Source of the DNA: an uncultured Gemmatimonadales bacterium
Lineage (GTDB): Bacteria; Gemmatimonadota; Gemmatimonadetes; Gemmatimonadales; GWC2-71-9
Assembly: GCA_963730185.1 (NCBI GenBank)
Contig: CAVSQW010000006.1
Location: 320,001-384,000 of the forward strand
Length of the DNA: 64,000 nt
Direction: 5' to 3'
This document shows, one piece after another, positions 50,842-61,210 of the stretch; the stretch's first letter is position 1, and every line of letters begins with the position of its first letter. Below the pieces are notes generated by a model. That model did no database searches and was not told the origin of the DNA. It saw nothing but the letters and a program-made list of their open reading frames with translations. Position numbers and translations under genes: made by a program.

Positions 50842-51351
50842 GTGGACCGCGATCGTGAGCTCCTCCTCCACTTTCTCGCTGCCATCGCCTACCGGGCCCA
50901 GAAGGCCCTCCGTGGGGCGCCCCCGCACTACCCCGAGTTCGGCACGGGCCTCCAGGCACGGACCCCGGTCGCCATCCTCCGCCACATGACCAGTCTGATG
51001 GGGTTCACCCAGACGCTCTTTCTGGGGGGATCCTATCCGATGCAGCCGGATCCGCTGCCGACCTTCGCCGACGAGATCGATCGCTTCCATCGGACGCTGA
51101 GCGGCGTGGCCGACCTCCTTCGCGCGGGCACCCCGCTCCGCGAGATCTCCACCGAGCAGCTGCTCCAGGGCCCGCTCGCCGACACGATGACCCACGTCGG
51201 CCAGCTGGCGATGCTCCGCCGACTGGCCGGAAGCCCGGTCCCACCGGAGAACTTCATTTACGCCGAGGTGCGCGCCGACCGGTTGGGATCGGATCAAGCC
51301 CAGCCGGCTCGCCCCGACCGCCAATGGCCCGAGCGGCCCGGCGGCGCCTAG
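50842..51351 (+). CDS. DinB-like protein
   Basis: HFLAAIAYR, LRHM, QGPLADTMTHVGQLAMLRR. Confidence 0.75.
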   Translation: MDRDRELLLHFLAAIAYRAQKALRGAPPHYPEFGTGLQARTPVAILRHMTSLMGFTQTLFLGGSYPMQPDPLPTFADEIDRFHRTLSGVADLLRAGTPLREISTEQLLQGPLADTMTHVGQLAMLRRLAGSPVPPENFIYAEVRADRLGSDQAQPARPDRQWPERPGGA

Positions 51352-51502
51352 GTTTGGCGGCAGCTCGTCGACACCCGGGGCGGTGACCAAGGCGCTCGTG
51401 TCCCCCTGACCGCACCCCCGCCGTCTTGAGGTTCGGGCGCCCCGCGCCCACGACGGGCAATTTTTGGATACAATTAGGCACCTTTTTCGATCGGGTTGCC
51501 CG

Positions 51503-54500
51503 ATGTCCATCCTTCCGAGAGTCGCCGGCCGCACCCTGACCCTGGCCCTCCTTGCCACGGCCACCACCGGCCATCTCGCCGCTCAGCCCAGCACGACCGA
51601 CACCCGGCTGCTCTCCGAGCCCGCCATCAGCGCGGCCCAGATCGCCTTTGCCTATGCCGGTGACCTCTGGACCGCTCGCCAGGATGGGAGCGACGTCCGC
51701 CGGCTCACCAGCGCCCAGGGCGACGAGCAGCATCCGGTCTACTCGCCCGATGGAGCATGGATCGCCTTTGCCGGCAACTACGACGGCAACGTGGACGTCT
51801 ATCTGATTCCCGCGGCCGGCGGCGAGCCCCGGCGGCTCACCTGGCACCCGGGCCCCGACATTCCGCAGTCGTTCACGGCCGACGGCAAGGCGGTGCTCTT
51901 CACCTCCAATCGGAACGACTTCTCGGGCCGGTACACCCAGCTCTGGTCGGTGCCGGTCGGCGGCGGACCCGCGACCGAGCTGCCCATTCCGAACGCCGCC
52001 GAGGCGACCGTGTCGCCCGACGGCCGGCACATCGCCTACAACCCGATCGGCCGGGCGTTCGAGCAGTGGAAGGGCTATCGGGGCGGGCAGGCGTCGGAGC
52101 TCTGGCTGATCGACACCTCGACCTGGGACGTGGAGAAGATTCCGCAACCCGAGGGCCGGTGCAATGACGTCGACGCCGTCTGGCTCGATCCCAATACGGT
52201 CTGGTTCCGGTCCGATCGCGATGGCGAGTTCAACCTCTATCGCTACGATCGCACCACCAAGAAGGTCAGCCGGGTCACCAACCACACCGACTTCCCGATT
52301 CAGAACGTGGCCGGCGGTGGCGGCAAGATCCTCTACGAGCAGGCCGGCTGGCTCCACCTGTTCGATCCGGCCTCGTCGCAGTCGAAGCGCCTGGTGATCG
52401 GCGTCGCGGCGGACCTCACCCAGATTCGGCCCCACTGGGTCAAGGGCGCCCAGTACGTCCGGAACTTCTCGCTCTCACCGTCGGCGGCACGGGTGGCGGT
52501 CGAGACCCGGGGCGAGATCGTGACCGTCCCGGCCGAGAAGGGCGACCCCCGGAACCTCACCAAGACCACCGGCGCCCACGAGCGGGAGCCGGCCTGGTCG
52601 CCGGACGGAACCCAGATCGCGTACCTCTCCGACGAAGGCGGGGAGTACCGCCTCCACCTGGCGCCACAGGACGGGCAAGGCGCCCACCGGGTCATTCCGC
52701 TCGGCGGGGCCGGCTTCTACTTCGGGCTCCAGTGGTCGCCCGACGGGAAGAAGATCGCCTACTGGGACAACTCCCAGACCATCTTCATCCTCGACGTGGC
52801 GTCGGGCCAGCCGACCAAGGTGGCCGCGAACGCGATTTACACGCCGGCCGAGGGCATCACCTACGCCTGGTCGCCGGACTCGAAGTGGCTGGCCTACACC
52901 GTGCTGGACCATCCGCTCAACCGGGTGCTCTACCTCTATGACGTGGCGGCCGCCAAGTCGACGGCCGTGACCGACGGGCTCTCCGAGGTCGCCGACCCGA
53001 CCTTCGACCAGAGCGGCAAGTACCTCTATGTGCTGGCGTCGACCGACGGGGGACCGCAGCTCGACTGGTTCGCGCAGAGCGGCGACGGCCTGACCCGGAG
53101 CCGCGGCATCTACGCGATCGCGCTCGCCAAGAGCGCGCCCAATCCGTTCGCGCCCCAGAGCGACGAGGAGAAGCCAGCGACTCCGCCCGACACCACCAAG
53201 AAAGCGGCCGGGTCCGGCGCCGCGACCACGACGGTGGACTTCGCCGGAATCACCCAGCGGATCGTGGCCTTCCCGATCGGCGAGGCGGACATCACCCAGC
53301 TCGAGGCGGGCGACGCCAATCAGATCTATTACCTCCGTCGCGCCGACGCCAAGGGGGCCATCCACCGCTACGACCTGAGCAAGCGGAAGGACGAGGTCCT
53401 GATCACCCCGGCCGACGGTTTCGGCCTGAGCCGGGACGGCAAGAAGCTCTTCTACAAGCAGGGTCCGGGATATTTCCTGACCTCGACCGCGCAGCCTCAG
53501 CCGGGTCAGGGGAAGGTCAACCTCGACGCCATCGATCTCTACGTCGACCCGCCGGCCGAGTGGGCTCAGGAGCTCGACGAGGCCTGGCGAATCAACCGGG
53601 ACTACTTCTACGCCACCAACTACCACGGCGTGAACTGGCCCGCTCAGCGGACGAAGTACGCAGCCCTGGTGGCGCAGTCGCCGACCCGCGAGGACACCTA
53701 CAAGATCATCAGCTGGCTCCTCTCGGAGCTCCGGGTCGGCCACAGCTTCACCTTCGCCGGCCCAGGCCCCGACCAGCCCAAGACCGTGCCCGGCGGCCTG
53801 CTGGGGGCCGACTACGAGGTGGCCAACGGCCGCTATCGGATCGCCAAGGTGTACGGTGGGCTCAACTGGAACCCCGGTCTTCGGTCGCCCTTGGCCGAGC
53901 CGGGCGTCGACGTCCGGACCGGTGAGTACCTGCTCGCGGTGAACGGGGTCGATCTCCGGCCACCCACCAACGTCTACGCGCCCTTCGAGAACACGGCCGG
54001 GAAGACGGTGGAGCTCACCGTCGGCGCCGACCCGAGCGGCGCCGGGTCGCGGACGGTCACGGTGGTCCCGATCCCCAACGAGTTCGCCCTCCGCCACCGG
54101 GCCTGGATCGAGGGCAATCTCCAGAAGGTCGACTCGGCCACCGGCGGACGGGTGGCCTATGTGTACGTGCCGAACACCGCCGGCTCGGGGTACGAGTCGT
54201 TCCGGCGCTACTTCTATCCCCAGGCCCACAAGGACGCCCTCATCGTCGACGAGCGGTTCAACGGCGGCGGGCAGCTGGCCGACTACTACATCGACATCAT
54301 GAAGCGGCAGACCCTGAGTTACTGGGCCACCCGCTACGGCCACGACTTGAGAACGCCGGCCGGGTCGATCCCGGGACCCAAGGCCCTGCTCATCAACCAG
54401 ACCGCGGGCTCGGGCGGCGACTACTTCCCCTGGATGTTCCACCACGAGAAGATCGGCCCGCTGATCGGCAAGCGGACCTGGGGTGGGCTGGTCGGCATTC

Positions 54501-54754
54501 TCGGCACGCCGGTCCTGATCGATGGCGGCGCCGTCACGGCACCCAACCTCGCCATCTGGACGCCGGAGGGTGGCTACATCGTCGAGAACGTGGGCATCCC
54601 GCCCGACATCGAGGTGGAGCAGACCCCCAAGGACGTGATTGCCGGACACGACCCGCAGCTCGAGCGGGCGATCGCCTGGGTGATGGACGAGCTGCGGAAG
54701 AACCCGCCGCCGACCGTCAAGCGGCCGCCGTACCCAGACAAGGTCCATCCCTAG
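51503..54754 (+). CDS. Tricorn protease (S41 family)
   Basis: PD40-like SPDG repeats, ELRVGH, PDZ region, DERFNGGG, AGSGGD, GKRTWGG. Confidence 0.93.
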   Translation: MSILPRVAGRTLTLALLATATTGHLAAQPSTTDTRLLSEPAISAAQIAFAYAGDLWTARQDGSDVRRLTSAQGDEQHPVYSPDGAWIAFAGNYDGNVDVYLIPAAGGEPRRLTWHPGPDIPQSFTADGKAVLFTSNRNDFSGRYTQLWSVPVGGGPATELPIPNAAEATVSPDGRHIAYNPIGRAFEQWKGYRGGQASELWLIDTSTWDVEKIPQPEGRCNDVDAVWLDPNTVWFRSDRDGEFNLYRYDRTTKKVSRVTNHTDFPIQNVAGGGGKILYEQAGWLHLFDPASSQSKRLVIGVAADLTQIRPHWVKGAQYVRNFSLSPSAARVAVETRGEIVTVPAEKGDPRNLTKTTGAHEREPAWSPDGTQIAYLSDEGGEYRLHLAPQDGQGAHRVIPLGGAGFYFGLQWSPDGKKIAYWDNSQTIFILDVASGQPTKVAANAIYTPAEGITYAWSPDSKWLAYTVLDHPLNRVLYLYDVAAAKSTAVTDGLSEVADPTFDQSGKYLYVLASTDGGPQLDWFAQSGDGLTRSRGIYAIALAKSAPNPFAPQSDEEKPATPPDTTKKAAGSGAATTTVDFAGITQRIVAFPIGEADITQLEAGDANQIYYLRRADAKGAIHRYDLSKRKDEVLITPADGFGLSRDGKKLFYKQGPGYFLTSTAQPQPGQGKVNLDAIDLYVDPPAEWAQELDEAWRINRDYFYATNYHGVNWPAQRTKYAALVAQSPTREDTYKIISWLLSELRVGHSFTFAGPGPDQPKTVPGGLLGADYEVANGRYRIAKVYGGLNWNPGLRSPLAEPGVDVRTGEYLLAVNGVDLRPPTNVYAPFENTAGKTVELTVGADPSGAGSRTVTVVPIPNEFALRHRAWIEGNLQKVDSATGGRVAYVYVPNTAGSGYESFRRYFYPQAHKDALIVDERFNGGGQLADYYIDIMKRQTLSYWATRYGHDLRTPAGSIPGPKALLINQTAGSGGDYFPWMFHHEKIGPLIGKRTWGGLVGILGTPVLIDGGAVTAPNLAIWTPEGGYIVENVGIPPDIEVEQTPKDVIAGHDPQLERAIAWVMDELRKNPPPTVKRPPYPDKVHP

Positions 54755-54794
54755 ACCGACTGGCGGACGGCGGGTCGAGCGGGTACGCTCCGGC

Positions 54795-55913
54795 ATGAGC
54801 ATTCGCGCCCGGCCGCTCGTCGCCCTGCTTCTGCTCGCCCCGGCCACCCCAGCCGGGGCGCAGCAGAACCGGTTCACCGGGGTTGAGCGGATCGTGGCCG
54901 TGGGAGACGTCCACGGCGATTACGATCAGTTCGTCACCGTGCTCCGGCAGACCGGAATCATCGACGACCGGAACCACTGGACCGGCGGCAAGACCCACCT
55001 GGTCCAGAACGGCGACGTCCTGGACCGGGGCGCGGATTCCCGGAAGGTGATGGACCTCCTGATGGCGCTGGAGAAGGAGGCGCCCAAGGCCGGCGGCATG
55101 GTCCACGCCCTGATCGGGAACCACGAAGCCATGAACATCCTGGGCGACCTGCGCTATACCTCGCCCGGGGAGTTCGAGGCCTTTCGGAACCGGGGCTCGG
55201 AAGCGCTCCGCGACCGCGCCTACCGGGTCCTGTCCGACTCCGCCCGCCGCGACGACGACGCCTACCATCGCCAGTGGAACGACGACCACCCGCTCGGCTG
55301 GGTGGAGCAGCGGCTCGCCTTCGAGGGCAAGGGCAGCTACGGCGATTGGATTCGAGGCCACGACGCGGTGATCGCGATCGACGGCTATCTCTTCCTCCAC
55401 GGCGGGATCAGCTCCAAGTATGTGGGCGCCTCGCTCGAAGCGCTCAACGACAGCGTGCGGGCCAACCTGGCGCCGGGCCGGCCGGCCGAGCCGCGGGGCG
55501 CGGCCGAGCCGCGGGGCGTGGCCGAGGATCCGGACGGGCCCCTCTGGTACCGGGGCCTGGCTCAGGGCGACGAGTCCGAGCTCGCGCCGCTGGTCGACTC
55601 GGTGCTCGCCGCGTTCGGGGTCCAGCACGTGGTGATCGGCCACACCGTGACGCCGGGCACCGTGATCCCGCGGTTCGACGGCAAGGTGATCATGATCGAC
55701 GTCGGCATGTCGGCGGTCTACGGGGGCCCGCCGGCCGCCCTGGTGATCGAACACGGCGTGCCGTACACGAGTCACCGCGGCCAGCGCCTCGCTCTGCCGC
55801 TCGGCGGCGACCTGCTTCCCTATCTCCAGGCCGCCGCGGCCCTCGACCCCGCACCCACCCGGCTCCAGAAGCTGATCGACCAGCTCAAAGCCGCGGCGGT
55901 CCCCTCGCGATGA
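54795..55913 (+). CDS. Secreted metallophosphoesterase (Shewanella-like phosphatase)
   Basis: GDVHG, GDVLDRG, GNHE, HGG, GHT, IDVG. Confidence 0.9.
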   Translation: MSIRARPLVALLLLAPATPAGAQQNRFTGVERIVAVGDVHGDYDQFVTVLRQTGIIDDRNHWTGGKTHLVQNGDVLDRGADSRKVMDLLMALEKEAPKAGGMVHALIGNHEAMNILGDLRYTSPGEFEAFRNRGSEALRDRAYRVLSDSARRDDDAYHRQWNDDHPLGWVEQRLAFEGKGSYGDWIRGHDAVIAIDGYLFLHGGISSKYVGASLEALNDSVRANLAPGRPAEPRGAAEPRGVAEDPDGPLWYRGLAQGDESELAPLVDSVLAAFGVQHVVIGHTVTPGTVIPRFDGKVIMIDVGMSAVYGGPPAALVIEHGVPYTSHRGQRLALPLGGDLLPYLQAAAALDPAPTRLQKLIDQLKAAAVPSR

Positions 55914-55943
55914 TCCGCGGCTGGGGGCGTCCTGAACCGGCTA

Positions 55944-55972
55944 TTGACTTCTCCAGCGCCAAGTGGTATTCT
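55944..55972 (+). promoter_or_regulatory. Sigma70-type promoter with extended -10
   Basis: TTGACT-N17-TATTCT preceded by TG. Confidence 0.6.
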
Positions 55973-56206
55973 GTGCGCCCCCGAACACGCGCCTAACGTG
56001 TGATCGGGATCACCAAATCGCGGGTCCGAAGGAGCTTCGAGGCATGACGAGTCGTCTCTCCCCACCAGCCGCCGCCATTCGAGCCGGGTCGTTCCCGCTC
56101 GTAGGGGCGTACGGTACGGTTGCCGGCCGGCTCGACCGGACCGGGACCGGGGCTCGATTCTCTGGGAGGACGCGGATCCGCTGAGGCGGCCTTTCCGCAC
56201 GGCGTT

Positions 56207-56243
56207 CATCGCCCCACCAGAGCTTCGGCCTGGTGGGGCGATG
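56207..56243 (+). terminator. Strong hairpin with C(UUCG)G loop
   Basis: 14-bp perfect stem CATCGCCCCACCAG/CTGGTGGGGCGATG; weak U-tract. Confidence 0.55.
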
Positions 56244-56311
56244 TCGTTGTGGGCTTGCCGGGCAAGCGGAAACACGTCGGTCGACGCCGAAGCGTCGAGG
56301 AAGGAGGGGCC

Positions 56312-56584
56312 ATGTTGCGCCCCACGGTTTACATGGCATCGCCTCTCCATCGGCTGTTGGCGACCTGGGTCGCGCGGCCGGAGGCCCCGGCGCGTCCCGA
56401 GACCACTCGGCCGGTACCGGCTCCGGCGCCACGGGCGGCAGCCAAGCCGGACGAAGACGGTCCGACCCCGGTGCCCGTCCGAAGCCCGGCACCGGTCATG
56501 GTGCCGGTGGCGGGGCGGGTCGCGTCGTCCCCGTGGTCACCGACGTCGACGCCCTCATTCCCGGACCTGCCCGTGAGGCGATAG
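56312..56584 (+). CDS. Small proline-rich hypothetical protein
   Basis: AAGGAGG RBS before ATG; no recognisable domain. Confidence 0.35.
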   Translation: MLRPTVYMASPLHRLLATWVARPEAPARPETTRPVPAPAPRAAAKPDEDGPTPVPVRSPAPVMVPVAGRVASSPWSPTSTPSFPDLPVRR

Positions 56585-56615
56585 GTTCAACCCATCCACC
56601 GCCTGGGAGCTTCGG

Positions 56616-58715
56616 GTGACTTTCCGAGCCATCGTCATCGGCAGCCTCGCGCTCGCCGCCAGCGGCCACACCACGCCGGCCGCCGCGCAGTCCATCCGCC
56701 GATCCGCGTTCGGCGAATACGAGGGGTACTCGGCGTCGCGCTTCGACAGCTTCGTCCGGGAGTCGCGCTACCTCCCCACCGGCGACAGCACCCGCATCGC
56801 CCTCGACATCTACCGCCCGGCGGTGCGTGGCGCGGCCGCCACCGCGCCGCGGCCGGTGGCGCTCCTCGTCACCCGCTACTGGCGGAGCTCCGAGCTCGAG
56901 GACGGCTCGATCCGCACGATGCCGGGCACCGTCCCGGCCGGGAAGCGCTGGGCGCCGCTCCTCGACCCGGCCGATTACCGCTCGGAACGCGGCTGGGCGG
57001 TGGTCACCGGCGAGCTGATTCGCCACGGCTACATCGTGGTGGTGATGGACAGCCGCGGGACCGGCGCGTCCTTCGGCGTGCAGACCCCGGGCCTCAGCGC
57101 CGAGGTGGCCGACATGCGCACCGTGATCGAGTGGCTGGCGAGCCGGTCGTGGACCACCGACAAGGTCGGCATGTTCGGCGCGTCCTGGCCCGGGATCATC
57201 CAACTGGTGGCGGCGCTCGGAGAGCCGCCGTCACTCGCCGCGATCTTTCCGGCGGTGCCGAACTTCATCGACACCTATCGTATCCTCCGGCCGGGTGGGG
57301 TCTACGGGAAGGGTGCCGCCCTCACCATGCGGAAGACGCTGGTCGGCCTCTCGGAGGTGAAAGACCAGGGGCAGACGGGCTCGACCTACGGCAAGATGGC
57401 CGGCAACCTCCGGGTCGTCGGACCCGCCAAAGTCGACGCCGATCCGGACGGCTCGCTCCGGACCGCCGCCCGCGCGGGCCAAGGCTCCGCGTCGTTCGCG
57501 GGCTACGTCGACGGCATCCTCGCCCACCCGGCCGTGAAGGAGGCCGCCGAGGAGCTCCGGCTCACGAGCATCGACCAGATCATCAATACCCTCTTCTACG
57601 CCGACAGCCTGGATCGGGCGCTCCAGGGTCACGACGCGCTCCGGCGAAAGCTCGCGGCCGCCCAGTGGCCGGAGCCGCCGCAGGCCCTGACGACGACGAT
57701 GCGGTTCCTGGCCCGGCTCGACTCGGCCGCGGTGCCGACGTACTTCTGGGACGGCTGGCAGGATCCCATGCCGTCCGAGCGGCTTCTCTACTATTACAAC
57801 CTGACCGGCCCCACCCGGATCACGATCGGCCCCTGGTCGCACGGCGCCGGCGAGCCGAACGACCTCCGCGAGGACGCCCATCTCACCTTGATGGCCACCG
57901 AGCTGGTCCGCTGGTTCGACCACTGGCTCCTGGGGGTCGACAACGGAGTGGACCGGGAACCCAAGGTCACCTACGCCGTGATGGAGAACCCCGCGCGCTG
58001 GAGCTGGCACACCAGCAGCACCTTTCCGCCTCCGGAGGCCACGGCGACGGACTTCTATTTCGACGGCGACCCCTCCGGCAGCCTCGCGTCACCGAACGAC
58101 CACAGCCTGGTCCGGGAGCCACCGAGCGCCGCGGCGGCCAGGGACGACTACACCGCCGACTACGGCCTCACCACCGGCGAGCACACCCGGCTCCACGACG
58201 CGACCGGCGCCGGCCCGATCGCCTACCCCGATCTGGCCCCCAACGATGCCAGGGCGCTCACCTACACCACGGAGTCGCTCGCCCAGGACGTCGCGTTCGC
58301 GGGGTTCCCAATCGTCACCATGCAGGTCTCCTCGACCTCGCCCGACCCGACCTTCATCGTCTACCTCGAGGACGTCGATCCGGACGGTCACTCGACGCTC
58401 GTCACCCAGGGCTTCCTCCGGGCCTCGCACCGCACCCCCTGGACGCCGCCCTACTCCACCAACGGGACGCCCTGGACCAGCTCGCTGCCCGACGACGTGG
58501 AACACGCGGCGCCGCTCACCGCCGGTCCAGCCGAGCTCCGCTTCGCCCTCCACCCGGCGGCCCAGCGGTTCCCTCGGGGTCATCGGATCCGGCTGACCAT
58601 CGCGCTCGCCGACGAAGGCGTGATCTGGGTGGTTCCCGAGTCACCGCGACCAGTGATCTCGGTGCGGCGGGACGGCGCGCATCCCTCGCGCCTGACCCTG
58701 CCGCTGGTTCCCTAG
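56616..58715 (+). CDS. CocE/NonD-family hydrolase, secreted
   Basis: TRYWR, DSRGTGASFG, GASWPG, GWQD, GPWSH, GHRIRL. Confidence 0.9.
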   Translation: MTFRAIVIGSLALAASGHTTPAAAQSIRRSAFGEYEGYSASRFDSFVRESRYLPTGDSTRIALDIYRPAVRGAAATAPRPVALLVTRYWRSSELEDGSIRTMPGTVPAGKRWAPLLDPADYRSERGWAVVTGELIRHGYIVVVMDSRGTGASFGVQTPGLSAEVADMRTVIEWLASRSWTTDKVGMFGASWPGIIQLVAALGEPPSLAAIFPAVPNFIDTYRILRPGGVYGKGAALTMRKTLVGLSEVKDQGQTGSTYGKMAGNLRVVGPAKVDADPDGSLRTAARAGQGSASFAGYVDGILAHPAVKEAAEELRLTSIDQIINTLFYADSLDRALQGHDALRRKLAAAQWPEPPQALTTTMRFLARLDSAAVPTYFWDGWQDPMPSERLLYYYNLTGPTRITIGPWSHGAGEPNDLREDAHLTLMATELVRWFDHWLLGVDNGVDREPKVTYAVMENPARWSWHTSSTFPPPEATATDFYFDGDPSGSLASPNDHSLVREPPSAAAARDDYTADYGLTTGEHTRLHDATGAGPIAYPDLAPNDARALTYTTESLAQDVAFAGFPIVTMQVSSTSPDPTFIVYLEDVDPDGHSTLVTQGFLRASHRTPWTPPYSTNGTPWTSSLPDDVEHAAPLTAGPAELRFALHPAAQRFPRGHRIRLTIALADEGVIWVVPESPRPVISVRRDGAHPSRLTLPLVP

Positions 58716-58856
58716 GTCCGGCCAGTCGGAACCCACCCGACGGCGATCGACCGAGGTAACCGCGGCCGTGGGCAGTGACCGAGCCGCCCCAGCCGGGGTC
58801 TTCGGTGGGCGGAAGGGTGTGATTCGAGAGACCACTATTGCCTGGGTGAGATACCA

Positions 58857-59297
58857 TTGAAACGGCTGGTGCTGTTGGCGGTGCTGGGCCTCGGATGCGG
58901 GGTGGGTGTTACCCAACCCGCGGCCTCACTCCGATTCGATCTGAGCGCCATCGACGGACATCCCCTGCCCCGGACACCGATTGGCTGGCCGGCCGACGCG
59001 ACCGTCGAGGCCGCCTCCCTGGAATTTGATGTGGGCACCGCCCTGGCGGATGGCACCGAGGGCCTCGTGACGTATACGATCCGGATCGCGGGTGAGGATC
59101 GCCCCGAGCCGCTTCGGTACCAGGTGGTGGGCGGCGTCCTCGCCATCAACCTCTGTCCCCTCCGGGCGGCCTGCCCGGTGGTGGTGACCGAGCTGCTGGG
59201 CCCCGTGCCCGCCGACGGTGGGCCGCTGCTCCTGACCTATGCCATCGCCGGCGTCGCGAGCTCCGTGTTTCGCTTCGATCCGCTCGGCTTGGACTGA
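58857..59297 (+). CDS. Hypothetical lipoprotein
   Basis: TTG start; MKRLVLLAVLGLGC signal/lipobox. Confidence 0.5.
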   Translation: MKRLVLLAVLGLGCGVGVTQPAASLRFDLSAIDGHPLPRTPIGWPADATVEAASLEFDVGTALADGTEGLVTYTIRIAGEDRPEPLRYQVVGGVLAINLCPLRAACPVVVTELLGPVPADGGPLLLTYAIAGVASSVFRFDPLGLD

Positions 59298-59344
59298 CCG
59301 ACCCGACATCCAGGCCAGCACCTCCATTGCCGGACCCTCACATC

Positions 59345-59360
59345 TCTGACTATTGTCAGA
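59345..59360. promoter_or_regulatory. Palindromic operator immediately before the MarR-GNAT start
   Basis: TCTGAC-TATT-GTCAGA, 2 nt upstream of the ATG. Confidence 0.65.
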
Positions 59361-59362
59361 CA

Positions 59363-60247
59363 ATGACGTCCGACCAGATCGCCGGGGTCCGGCGCTTCAA
59401 CCGCCTGGTCACCCAGCGCGCCGGCGCGCTCGATGACCACTTCCTGGGTCGCGACCGGCCGCTCGGCGCCTCCCGGGTGCTCTACGACATCGGTCCGGAT
59501 GGCGCCGACCTGCGCGAGGTCCGGGCCCACCTCAGCCTCGACTCCGGCTACCTGAGCCGTTTGGTCCAGTCGCTCGAGACGGCCGGTCTCGTCACTCTTG
59601 GCGCCGATCCGACCGACGAGCGGGTTCGCCGAGCCACGCTCACGGGCGCCGGCCAGGCGGAGGTGAGGGAGATGGACCGGCGGGCGGACGAGGTGGCTCA
59701 GTCCACCCTGGCGCCCCTCTCGGAACGCCAGCGGGAGCGGCTGGCGGCGGCCATGGCCGAGGTGTGCCTGCTCCTCACCGCATCGGGGACCACGATCGAG
59801 CGGGTCGATCCGGCCGGCCGCGAGGCCCGGTGGTGCGTCGCCCGGTATTGCGACGAGCTGGACCGGCGATTCGAGGCGGGATTCGACCCGGGCAAGAGTC
59901 TGCCGGCCGACGAGAGCGACTTCCGCCCGCCCACCGGGTCCTTCCTGGTGGCGATGGCCGACGGTGAGCCGATCGCGGGTGGGGCGGTCAAGGCGATCGG
60001 CCTGGGCGTCGGTACCATCAAGCGGATGTGGGTCGCGGACCGGGCCCGCGGCCTCGGTTTCGGCCGTCGGATGCTGGTGGCGTTGGAGGATGAGGCCCGG
60101 CGGTTGGGAATCGTCACGCTTCACCTGGAGACGAACCAGGCGCTGGAGGAAGCGATCGCGCTCTACCGGCGGTCGGGCTACGTCGATGTCGCGGCCTTCA
60201 ACGACGACCCCTACGCCACCCACTGGTTCGAAAAGCGGCTGGCCTGA
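59363..60247 (+). CDS. MarR HTH-GNAT acetyltransferase fusion
   Basis: VRRFNR, LDSGYLSR, DERVRR; KRMWV, RGLG, LETN, AIALY. Confidence 0.9.
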   Translation: MTSDQIAGVRRFNRLVTQRAGALDDHFLGRDRPLGASRVLYDIGPDGADLREVRAHLSLDSGYLSRLVQSLETAGLVTLGADPTDERVRRATLTGAGQAEVREMDRRADEVAQSTLAPLSERQRERLAAAMAEVCLLLTASGTTIERVDPAGREARWCVARYCDELDRRFEAGFDPGKSLPADESDFRPPTGSFLVAMADGEPIAGGAVKAIGLGVGTIKRMWVADRARGLGFGRRMLVALEDEARRLGIVTLHLETNQALEEAIALYRRSGYVDVAAFNDDPYATHWFEKRLA

Positions 60248-60420
60248 CCCGCCCCGGCCGAGCCTCGCCACGCGCGGCGCCGGGTGGGTGATTTTCCGGA
60301 ACGGCGATTCGTCGCTCGCGGCGGCTCCGAGTCACCCTCGACTGAGGTCGGCCTTCGACTACGACGGCACCAGCATCCCGGCCACCTACGACCGGACCCG
60401 AGCGATCCTAGGGCGGGCGG

Positions 60421-61076
60421 CTATTCCCGAAGGATGGAGACCGGATCGGTTCGAAGGGCACGGAGAGCGGGGACCCACCTGGCGGCCAGCGCCGCGGCAC
60501 CGAGCCCGGCGGCGATGACCGCCAGCGTCGCGGGGTCGGCGGCTCCGACGCCGTAGAGCTGGCTCCGGAGCAGTCGTCCGAGGACGACGCCGGCGACCGC
60601 GCCGACTAGAACACCGGCCACCGCCATCGCGATGCCCTCGCTCACCACCACGACCAGGGGCGTCGCGGGCCCGTCCGCCGCACTCAACGGCCGGCCGTCT
60701 CTGAGGGCGAGCCCCACGGTCTCGAAATAGCCGGGGCTCACTGTGCAGACCATGGCGGTCGGCGCGGTCGTACGATCCGGGCGCGACCACCGCCCAACGC
60801 GACCCGATGGGCAAGCTCACCCTGACGGGCGGCGGTCCGGCTGACCAGCGCGCCGGCCACGCTGCCCGAGGCTGCCAGCAGCATGAACAGCACGGCACCG
60901 AGCACCGGGAGCAGGATCGGACGGGCGTCCGCCGAGTGATAGGCGAGCGCTCTGATCAGCCTCAGGTGCCAGGCCGGATCGGTCGCCGCCGGGACCTGGC
61001 CTCGAACGATGGCATCGAGACGCCGCTCCGCCGCGACCCGGGATTGACTCGGCCTCAGCCGGACCAGCGACGGCAT
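60421..61076 (-). pseudogene. Collapsed ADOP/MacB-FtsX ABC permease relic
   Basis: Non-adjacent motifs juxtaposed: RLRP, VLGAVLFMLL, ELAHRVALG, VSPGYFETVG, QLYGV..ADP, VPALRALRTDP..LRE. Confidence 0.75.
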
Positions 61077-61210
61077 CCAGTTACCCGGCTGAAGCGGGCC
61101 AGCGCGTCACCGGGCTATCTTGGAGACGAGTTCTTGGGCGACCCAGTACCGATGAACACCGAGCTCGATCGCTCGGGTCCTCGAACCCCGAACGGGTCAC
61201 ATACCGAACG

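Noticed and set aside
48687..50885. 732-aa ORF
   Set aside because: The first 460 codons are an off-frame read through the iminopeptidase; only 48687..49505 looks coding.
55484..55525. Short tandem duplication encoding AEPRGA/AEPRGV
   Set aside because: A two-copy in-frame loop duplication, not an array.
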